Virus record (IMG/VR): IMGVR_UViG_3300031953_000003
Location: 24,790 to 88,789 of that record
Strand: one strand, 5' to 3'
DNA length: 64,000 nt
Source of the DNA: a virus
Taxonomy: Duplodnaviria > Caudoviricetes
Position 1 is the stretch's first letter; the number at the start of each line of letters is the position of its first letter. Positions 38,601 to 50,600 of this stretch are shown here, one piece after another. The position numbers were made by a program, and so were the translations under genes. Under the pieces are notes generated by a model, which saw only the letters and a program-made list of their open reading frames with translations, did not search any database and was not told the origin of the DNA.

Positions 38601-41600
38601 TGTGGTAGCTTTACCATATTTAGCTATAAAATCCTCCATATACTCTTTCTCAATTTGAGCAAGTTTATCTGAATAGTACCTAGCTTTACCTTCTATAGTA
38701 GAATATAATTCAACAAGTTGTTCTGATTCTCTTTCATCTTCATCAAATAAAGTATCTGTAGCAGTTTCCCAGAAGTGTATTATATTTCTCATATAATGAG
38801 TATCTTCTATAGATATTCTATCATTTTCAAAGAACTCTTGTAGTTCTTCCATATCTTGTTTACCTTTTTCTGCTATTTTAACAAGACGTACTTTAGCACC
38901 TATTTTAACAGCATCATGATAACGCTCTGTAAGATTATCTAATACTGTAGTAAGTTCTACTACTTTATCTATATCTTGTTTAGATTTAGCTTTAGATATA
39001 TTAGATTTAATAGTAGATAATCTATCTCTAAAAGATTTAAGTAATATTTCATTCTTAGAATTAGAAGTAGTAGGAGCAAGATCAAAATCATTACTATTAC
39101 TTAATTCTTGTTGAGCTAATTTTAATCCTTCTAAAAATACTCGATCTATTAATGTATTTGTATTATGAGTAAAATTTTTATATTGCATTAATTTTTTAGA
39201 AGCTTCAGAATTAGGGTTTTGTATAAAACTTTCAACAACTAAATCTTTCATTAATTGTAAATTACCTCTTTTTCCTTTTTCAGTTAATTTTACAAAACCT
39301 TTTTTATTTCCTACATAATCATTTTTACCTCTGTTATAAACACTTTCATTAAATACACCATTTTTATTGGTTTGATAAGCGTGTTCTACACTACCATACT
39401 CTCTTTCTACACCATCTGTACTTTCATATATGAAAGTTCTTGGTGCTAAATTAGATAATATTCTTGTAGAAGTGTTTGATTCAGCTTGTCCCCAATATAC
39501 ATTTATAGTTCTTTCAGATGTTACATTAGTATTAGATTCTGGTTTTATATTACTTGTATAATATTTTCTATTGTTAACAGATTCTTCAAATAAACCTAAT
39601 TGTTTACCTTCATTATAATCTTCTTTACTTAACCCGTCTTTAAATACTTTATTTATATATTCTAATTTAACAGAATTATTAATAGCAGTAGCTTTAATAT
39701 TAGTAATTGTATTATTAATACTATCAGCTATAAGTTGAGGATTTTGTTTTACTTTCCTCATACCTGTAGGCAATATAAGATCGTATTGATTATTAATAAA
39801 TTCAATAGTTCTATTTGTAGGATTAAGGTCTTTCATATCTTTCTGTACAGCAGCAGAAGGGTCAGGTTGATTTATAAGACTTATAATATCAACCATAGCA
39901 TATTCTAATGCACTATCTTTTTTAATATTTAAACCTGCTTTATTAAGAAGTTCTCTAATAAAATTAAAGAAGTCCTGTAATATATTAGTTCCTTTATCTG
40001 ATACTTTATTATTAAGAAGTTCTTGAAGTTCTTTAGATTTAAACAATCTACCTACAAACTCTACCTCATTTAATAACGGGTAAATAAGATTAGCTTCTTT
40101 AGACGTAAGAGATTCTCCATTAGCTAACTTAGTTCTTACAGCTTCAAATTGAGTATCTGCTGTATCTCCTAATTGTTTTTTAACTAGTTGTATTGCTTTA
40201 TTTTTAAAACCAACTAATCTATTTACTTCACCAGTACTATTAGCTAATAATGCTGGTTTAGTCATAGCATGTATTAACTCTTCTAATATTGTTTTTTCAA
40301 AAAGTTTATTATTTGTTACTCTATCAGGATTTATAAGTATCATTTTAGATTTCATACTATAACCACCATCAGCTTTTAAATTAGTACTAAGTAAAAATTT
40401 AAAATCTGATATTTTATCTAAATTAGCTAATACTTCTTTAGCCATCAAAGTATTATAAGCATTACTATTATTATCTATAATAGTATTTAATACAGTTTGC
40501 ATTTTGGGTACAAAAGCTTCTTTAGAATTTAGTTTATAAGTATCGGTTACAGATTGAGGAATTTTATTTCTTATCAATTCTGTATCTACTTCTTGTTCTA
40601 CTTCTGTGTTAAACTTAGTAGGTTCAGTAGGTAATATATCAACAGGAACTTCTTTAGCATTATTACTAGAAACAACACTATTATTAGAACCATATTCTAA
40701 CATATTATTATAACCTAATGTAGATATTCTATTCCATTTATTACTATCACCTCTTTCATATAATTTAAAACCTGCTACTGTTTCATTAGATTTTATAGCT
40801 ATAAATTTTGCAAGTTTTAATTTTTTAGATTTAGATGCAAAAGTAAAAGATTCTTTATCAGGACTTAATACTAAACCATCTTCTATAAATTTAGGAAGAT
40901 TACGTATTGCTACATCTTTATAATTATGTTGTACATACTGTCTTGTTAAATCGTTATAATCTACCTCTTCTTGATTATCAAGATTTATTGATTTAATTTC
41001 ATCATAAAAACCTATACTTTGTAAATAGTTAATAGGTATAAACTTAACAAACTGAGTAGCTTGTTGTACACCACCCGTTATAAGAGAATATGTAACTAAA
41101 TCTTGTGCTAGTTTTTGTGGAGTATATTGAATACCATTAAATGTACCTAAATCAGTAACATTATCAGTAAACATACTTGAAAAACCTGCATAAATACCTC
41201 TTTCATTTATATTTTCAGCAGCACTTGCTTGATAAGTAATAAGATTAGGTAATACTTCTTTATTACCATCTATTTCTAATCTGTTAAGAAAAGGATTACT
41301 ATTGTAACCTTTGTTTATAATAGTTTTTAAAACATTACCTAATGAAGTATTATTTTTAGTATGCATTAAAAGTCTAGCTTTTGCTGTATCTAAAGATTCA
41401 TTAGTATATGTAGAAGCTTTAGAAGCTATCATATAACTTTTAACAACTTTAAAAAGATCAGAATTTAATTGTGCGTTTTGAGCTATTCTATTATTAGTTT
41501 GATTCGTTATACCTTTAATATCGCTTAGTGCTATTTGAACAGATAAAGCTTTATATGGAAAAAATTCTTCCCATAATTTATTATTAGTACTTAATGCCCT

Positions 41601-44600
41601 TACACTAGTAAAACCATTAATAGTTGTAGGTTTAATAAATTGAATATTACTAGCTAACTTATTTCCTTTAAATTTAGCTGTTACTGCAATATAACCTTCT
41701 TCTTCAAGAACTTTTATACTATCTCTATTAAGTGGGGTTATAAGATTATTATCTGCATCTACTTCTGGTAAAGAGGTATAATTTCCTATTAATTTATCAG
41801 CATTTATTATAGAATTTTTACTTCCTAATTTAAGTACTTGACTCATTTTTTCAAAAGAATAAAATAAATTTTTACCAAGTCCTGCACTATCTGTATTTAT
41901 AGCAGATTGTATAGATTGTATATCTTTACCTTTTTCTGTTATAATGTCAAAAAAGTCTAATATTGCTTTTTGAAAATTAGTATCTATTTTACCTTTAATA
42001 TTAGATAAATAATAATCTTTATCAGAAGGTATATATTTTTCTATAATATAATCAGGATCAGTAACAGGATAAGTTTTAGCTATATATTCAGCTAAATCTG
42101 TAGTATTATAATCTGTAGCATTATCATCTGCAAGAGTTTTAAATTTTACATAATCTCTAATAATAGGCTGATTAAGGAAATAAGATATAGAATCTTCTTC
42201 AAAACCCATCATAGCTAAAGTACGTATTGCATCAAATGTGTATGAATTTACATTTAATTTATGCATACCTTGTTCTTTCTCATTATCTACTGCCATAGAT
42301 TGATAAGCTGCAATTACTTCTGATTTACTTCTATTTTTATTAGTTACTGTATTAGTATCAGATATTTGATTAGAAGATTTACCCATAAGAGTAAAAAAGA
42401 AATCTTCAAATCCTTTCATTTTTTCATTATAGTTCTGTACTTTCAAATTTTTACCTTGTGCTAAAGCATTAAATGTACTATCATTACTAAATACACCAAT
42501 ACCTATAGCACCTGCTCTAGCATTGATATATTTAAATTTTTGATAAGATTCTGTAAGACCTCTACCTTCTAAACCTTCTCTAACCAAAGGATAGATTTCA
42601 TTAGCAAGTTCACCTAACATACCAAAGTCAAGAGGTTTTATAATTTTATTTTGTACTTCTTCAGCAGGATTACTTAATATAGATAAATGTAAATCTAATA
42701 AATCATTTTCTAATCCTGTAAGTTCATCATCTCCTTTATATCTGGTAAGTTTACCTTCATTAAAAGAAGTATTAAAACTATTAGTAAATATTTTATCAAC
42801 GTCAAAATCCGATCCCATTTGAATAGTCCAGTCAGCAGGTGCTAAAAACAAATCTCCGCTTGATTCCGGCAACCAACCAACCACTTTGACATAAGACATA
42901 GAGTTAAGTCCTTGCGTTGGAATACGAAAGCCAAATGAGCTTAAAAGTTCCTCATCAATTTTTGATAAGTCCATAAAGCCATCAGTAACAAACTTATCCA
43001 TAGATAACTTATTACCTTTATCATCTTTAAATCTAAATGGTATCATTATTTCTGCTGGCATAAATACTCCATTTTCTACACGAGCATTTCTTAATACACC
43101 ATCATTTCTATCTCTCCATTCTTTATTAAAACCTATGTTACTTGTATTTTTTATTTCTTCTGTAGCGTCTGTACCTTCTACAATAACAGGTTTCATACCT
43201 TCACTAGTACCTAATACATAAGAACGTCCTTTAGGTTTAAATTTTCTAACTCTGTTATCTACAATAGAATTAAGCATAGCTTCTATTTTTTCAGAAGAAG
43301 CGTTAAGCCAAAGAGGTACTATAAAATCTGTACCTTCTTTATTAAGATTAAAACCTTCAAGATCATATAAAGGGTAATTTCTACTTAGACCTTCTGTTTG
43401 TAATACTTTTTGTACTTTTTCTAAATCAATAGTTTCATTAGCTGCATTAAAACCTAGTTCTTTCATTAAGCTGTCATGCTTAATTTCAAAAATTTTATTA
43501 TAAGTATTATCTACAGCTTCTTGTACTTGTGCACCTGTATAAGGCTTATTAGAACCTCTTAATTTAAATCCTGTAACATTACGAACAGCAGCAGTTAGTA
43601 GTTTACGTTGTTGACTACCATCATTAATATAATCAGTTTCTTTATAAGGAACTTGTTGCTGTATTTTAAATCCTTGACGTTTTAAAGTAAGAGTACTATC
43701 AGTAAGATCAATATCATCATTAAGGTTACCTTCCCCGTTATATATAGATGGTGCTGCAGTAGTTCCGCCAGTTTTAATCGCACTATCAAAAGCAACTCTA
43801 TCTACACCATCACGTATCATTGCTTTACGTAATTTATCTATTTCTAAACCTTTAGTAAGCTGTTTTATTAAAGGAAAACTAGAAGATTTAATATAAACTC
43901 TATGTTCTGTATTACCTCTAAATACATTATTAACATATACAGGTTTTGTAGGTTGTAGAATAAGATCATAATCTTTGTTAGTTAAAGATTGTGAATCTTC
44001 TCTATCAAGTAAATCTTGCATTGTATCATAATCTATTTTACCTTCTTTAAATTTTATTAACAAATCTTCTTCTAAAGTAGTAAATTCTTGTGCATCTGTA
44101 GTATTCACTTCGGTATAACCTTTGGCAGCTTTTTCACCTAACAAAGATTTATAGTATTCATAATTACTAGACATTCTTTCACTATCAAGTATATGAGCTA
44201 CATTAAATACTTCATTATCTTCTATAGGTAAATCTGTACCTGGAGCAATATCTGCTGCAAGTCGTTTACCCATGTTATTAAATAAAGCTTCGTGCTCTAC
44301 TATAAAATCACTAGTTTCATAATAACCTAATACATCATTTCTAGTAACATTTTTAGTAGTTTCTAATACACCTTGATCTACTAATCTTTTAGCTACGTTT
44401 TTAAATTGAGAAGATTTAAAATAGTTAGCAGGATCAGTAATCATAGTTTGCATGATATTCATATTACCTAATAAATAATTAGCTACATAATTATGAGCAG
44501 CGTTATTTACATTAGATATACTTTTATTTACGTTACCTAATATAGAAAGATCATTTTCTACAATAGTAAATTCTTGACCGTTCATATCCCATTCTGGATA

Positions 44601-47600
44601 AGAATTAGTATTTACAAAGCCATAATCAGTCCAAGTTTTTATTTTATCTTGAACTTCATCATCAACATATTTAGCTAAATATTCTTTAATTCTATTTTTA
44701 ATTTTTTCATCTGTTTTAACAACAGGGTTTATCTTCCTTACACCATCTTCTACAATAAATACACCTTCTATTGTATTTACTTCTGGAAAAAGATTAATGG
44801 TATTAGCACCATCTACAAAGCCTTTAGTTGTAGAATTTTCAGTATTCTCTTCAAAAGCTATAATTCTGTTTATTTCTGGTTCTATAAGTTGACGGTATAA
44901 CCAATCAACACCTTTAGGAGAAAGTTTACCAGTTCTAGGACTTACACTACTAGCAAAATTAATACCTAATGTATTAACAGTCATTTGTACTCCTTTATCA
45001 GAAGTAGTAGGATAAAACATTTCTATTAAATAATCTTCTTTAGTAGTTTTATTTCTTTTATTTCTATTAAAAAATAAAGCTACTTTAGCTTCTTCATGTT
45101 CAGCAGGAGACATTTGTGATAATTTCTTACCTGTTTTACCTGCTTCTTTAGTACCATCAAATGTACCATAACCAAAATATTTATTAAATTTATCTTGATC
45201 AATAGACATCCAATAAGAATTACTACTAAATGGTTGCTTAGCTAGATTTTCTCTTAGTATAGGATTAGATTTTAATTCTTTTATCCTATCTATCATAAAC
45301 TTATTAAGACTATAAGAATAGTAAGTACGACCTCTAACATCTTTAAAAGAGTTACTGAAATACTTAGGACTTCTTTTAGCTATTTCTCTAGCAAAACCAT
45401 TTAAAGAACTATTATTACTAAATGGATTAGTTTCCTGTATATCTTTATTTACTAAAGATTCAAGAGTGTCCATGTAGATTTTTATTGCTCCATCAGAATT
45501 AGTAAATAAGTGTAATAACGATTGAGAACCTTTACCATAGTCAATAGGACTTCTTTGTATAGAGTTAATAATATCTTGATCTAAATCTATACCTATAAAA
45601 GTAAGTACATCAGACAATATTGCAGTACCCTCTTTTGTAGTATCGGGAGATTTGATTAATTCAATTCCTTGAATACTTTTTGCTTTTACACTATCAAAAG
45701 CATCTTTATCTATAACATAATTAAAATCACTTACTTTAATCAGTTCTCCATTAATAAGATTTTGTAACCATGCATTTTGAACTACTTTAGATACACTATT
45801 AGTATCACTATCATTTATAAAATAATTAGTTTCATATTTTTCAGTTTTTGTATTAAACTTACCTCTCTTATAAACAAGTTTATGATTAGTAAAATGTTTA
45901 TTCATTACACCTACAAAGCTATTTTGAGTTTTTTCATCCATAGCTTTTATTTTTTCTATAACATTAAATAAATAAGGTTTAGTATCAACCCATTTACCTA
46001 ATTCTTCAACCATAGAATCAATAGAAGGTTTTGTAATTACTTTATCAGTATCAAAATTATTAAAAGCGAGAATACCACTTACTTCATTGAATATTTCATC
46101 AAATAGTATATAATTATCTAATCCAAATACAGTTTTGTTAATAATAGGTACACGTACACCATTAACTATATTAAAACCTTTAACATCTTTTACATGAGAT
46201 ATTGCATTTTTAACTTCAATACTGGCTTTAACTTTACCATCTTCTGTAAATACAGATTCCCTATTCCATCTATTACTTTCTGATTCATCTGTATCTACAT
46301 TTTCACTTTCATCTATATTATCATCTTGATTAATAATTTCTTTTGCTTGAACAAGTTTTTTACCATCTAATTTTAATCCATTATATTGTAATAAACTAGT
46401 ATATACTAAGTCTTCTAATTTAGAATATTGTTTATTTACACTATCAATAGCATCAATAAGATTTTCTAGTTTGGCTTTTTTATCTAAATCAGTAGTAGTT
46501 TTAGATACTGTATCATAAGCTTCTCTAGCAACTTTAAGTTGATCTTTAAGTTCTTTAAAAGGAGTAGTATCTTGTTCTTCTATAACTCTAGCAGAAAGGT
46601 ATTCTATTAAAGCTGTTTGTACCTTAATCGATACACCCGGTATAAGAAGAGAGTTTGGTGTAGTATTAACAAAGTTTTCTACTTGTTCTTCAGTCATTAC
46701 ACTAGGAGCAAGATTAAGATCGCCAAATAAATCTGGATTAGCTAATTCTGTATCTGTAAGATTTTTTTCTTGTACATCAGTATCTTCTTGTACACCTAAT
46801 GCAGCTTCTTGTGTAGCTTCACTTATATTATTCTCACTAAAATCTGAATTAAATTCAACATTAGATTGAATAGTATAAATTTCTCTACCGTTATCTAATG
46901 TATGAGAATAAAGATCAGTAGTAAGATTATCTTTAAGATAATCATTATAATTTTGTGTATTCGTAGTTACTGTATCTTTAGATATAATAGGTAATTGAAA
47001 ATCTTTACCTAATGATTTCTTATCTATTTGAAGATGCATACCACTTTCTAAAGTTTTTTTAAAGTTAGAAAGCTGTGCATCTATAGTTCTATTTCTTTTT
47101 TTATCATCTTTTATATTTGCTAATACTTTTCTATTAATAAATTTAGCGCCACCTGCTATACCTGCACCTCTGCCAAAATCAATAGTTTCTCCTTGTATTC
47201 TAACTAAAGATACACCTTCATTTTGATTACTAAGATAATCTGCAAAATCACTTGAAGATTTAGGTAATTTACTAGGAAGAAAAATAAACTTACTTAAATA
47301 TTCATATAAACCTTGTTCTGTAGTTATATCAATACTAGTATCATCATAAAGTTTAGCAGTACGTGTTTCATTAACGTCATTACCCAAATATAAACGCATA
47401 GCTTCTACCATACTATTTACATATTCTGGTTTACTAGCTATTGTAGGACGATTTAAAGCTACGGCTAAATTTCTACCTTTATTAACAGGTAATACAGCAT
47501 ATACTACACCATCATAAAGTTCTCTGTTAATTACCGCTTCTGCTTTAGTATCTGAAGAATATACAACATTATCTTTACCTATAGCTATAGTAGCATTAGG

Positions 47601-50600
47601 TATTCTAGTGGTTAAAGATTCTTTAATACCATCTTTATTTCTAAGTAAGATACCATCATTTCTAGAATCTACAACAGTTGTTAAGCCTTTTTCTCCTGCT
47701 GCTAATACCTTTCTTCTTATTTCATACAATTTATTTTTTTGATTACGAACATCATCAGCTTCTACTATGTTATTTTCATTAATCCATTCTACTGTATGTA
47801 AATAAGTATTCTCTAATTGAACTCCATCATGAAATACTCCTATAGGAGCATATTGATTGGCTAAATCTTCTCCTTCATTGATAAAGTCTCCGTTTTTTTC
47901 TAATCTACCATCAGCATAAGCAATAGTACCATCATCATAAACTACTTCATCTAATACTCTAAATGTAAGTTCAGAACCTATATTAATAACATTATAATCA
48001 AGTAATTTTTGATCTGTACTACCATCAACATAATTAGATAAATCTTGTTTAGTATTTATAAAATTAAGTACATTAAATGTACCTGTTTTTCCTACAGTTA
48101 CTTCATTAGAATATTGTTTATCTAAGTGAGCAAGTTTATTATAACCTTCTATAGTTTTAATACCAGCAGAAGATAAATTATCTCCTTTAAATACTTTATA
48201 ACCTTGACCTTCTAAAAATCTTACATTAACTTGTCTATTAAGTTCATTAATAGATTCATTGTCATAATTATAATAACCTTCTGGAAGTGCTGCATCATAA
48301 TTGATTTTATTATCTTTTACAACATCAGCTTTTTCTTTAGCTGTATAGAATATATCTTCATAAGATTGTTCATTCCATACAGGATTTTGTTTAGTAAGAT
48401 TATATATAGCTTGTATATCTTTATATAAAGGTAAAAATCTTTCTTTACCTAAACTGTTTTGCATATACTTAGCAACTTCATTAAAATTAGAAGTATTTAC
48501 ACCTCTTTCTTTTAATGATCCCATTAGATTAATTAGTTTGGTTATTTTTTCTAAAGTTTTATCTTCACTAGGAGCAAGATCAATATCATCTGGTAATACA
48601 CTAGGTGCATTATTTTCTACAAAACTAGCAAAATCATCTAATTGAGCATCTACAGTATTTTGTTTAGCGTCTTTAACAGGAGCACCTAAAAAAGCTAAAG
48701 CTTCTTTCATTTCCTGTATAGTAGATGTATTCTTAGGATTGGTAGCGGCTATCTGTTCATTTAGTTTATTAACTTTCCATTCTAAAGGAGCAGCTTCATT
48801 ATTTACCATAGCAGCTAACTTAGTAGAGAATATAGTATCTGTAGCAGGTTCATACTGTTCAGATTGATCTACTTCTTCTGGCTTATTCTCTACTGGTGCT
48901 TCAGTAGTATTAGTAGTTGCCTTAGGTTCTTGTGTAACTGTAGGTTCTGCTTCTTTTTTAAAATCTTCTGTTTTATTTTTAGCTGTAGTTGTAGCTTCTT
49001 TTTTAGCTGTTTTAGCTTTCTTAATACTATTAGAAGCTTTATCTTTTTGTTTTTTAGATTTTAAATCTTCTTTAAAAGCTTTTTGATAATCATTAGATAT
49101 TAAATTACTATATTCCTTAGCAAAATAAGTTCTTTCTCTACTATTTCTTTTTAAAGATAAATCTAAACTTTGTAATTTATTATAACTATCTAAATCTTTA
49201 ACAATAGCTTTATTCTCATTTGATAGTTTATTTATATCAAAATTTCCTTCTTCATTAGTATAATTAGCTAAATCTTTAATACCTATATCAGATAAATCTT
49301 GATCAAGTTCAGATTGTACTTTAGATTTATAAGAAGTCAGCTCTTTCTCTTCTTCTCTAGCACTAATATTTCTTGCTCTATTAGAATATATATCACTACT
49401 ATTAACGTAATTTTCAGCTTTATTATACTCTGCTTCTAAAGACTTTAATTTAACTATAGCTGCTTGCGAAGTCTCTTTATATGTATCGGGAAGATTTTTC
49501 TGTTTAGCTTCTTCTGCTGTCATAGTAGCTATAGACTTATAAAAACCTTCTAGTTGCTCTGTAGTACCTGTACTAAATGCATGATAAGCTTTAGAATTAA
49601 ATGTATTCTTAGCTATCTCTTGTGCCTGTAATCTTAATTTATTAGCTGTTTCTACATCTTTATTCTTATCAGCTTCTTGTATCTGTGTATCAATCTTACC
49701 TAATTGATTATGCATTTCAGTAAGCTGCTTAGCACTCATAAACAGGTCACTGGTTGAATCCATTTTTTGTTCTTGACTAAGGTTATCCCAACGTTGTTTT
49801 GCTTCTTCCTGTGAAAGCGCTCGCTCTCTAGCAAGATCATTTGTACTGTATCGCGATCCGTCAGGACGTTTACTGGATTTTATTTCGCGTCCTGCGTTAG
49901 TTAGACCAGTTTGAAGTCCACCTCCTGCAAATCCTAGTACTCCTGCTTCCCAACCTTCGGCTGTACCTAAAGATGCAATAGATTCATCTAATAAAGTACC
50001 AAAGTCAGAATCATCCTGTAATGCTGCATTTTCTGCACCTAGATTTACAATTTCTTCTCCAAATTCTTGAAAACTTTCCCCTAAAGTATGTTTTAAACTA
50101 TTTTTTAAAGTGGGATTATTGTATATAGTTCTAGCTAAAGAAGGTGTACGTAAAAATGCAAAACTACTTGTAGCATTTAAAAGCATATTTGCTTTATTGA
50201 AATTCAATGCTTTAGTTGCTTTTTTAGAAGCTATCAATCTAGCTTTATCTTCTATACCTTCTGTTTCCCCTGCTTCTTGTAATTTAGCTATCTCTTCTTG
50301 ATAACTAGTATCATATACAGAAACAGCAATACCTACACCTTCTCCATGATTAAGCATATAGTTATTAAGTAAACCTGCACCACCTTGTACTATTCTTTTA
50401 ACTTTATCTGCATTAGCACCACCTTCTGCTAAGAAACCTAAAAACTCTAATCCTTTAGCACCACCTGATAAAGTTCTTAATGCAGCACCACCAGTAAGAT
50501 AACCAAGACCTACAAAAGCAGCAGCGCTTTCTACAAGTGCACTACCATTCTCCATCCACCAAGCAAAGTCACCTGTATCAAAAGCTTTACCTTCATTTTC

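Noticed and set aside
42828-42860. DLFLAPA as a fourth polyprotein cleavage site
   Set aside because: It lies in the conserved RNAP catalytic core just before DFDVD and lacks the D/N and S/T positions
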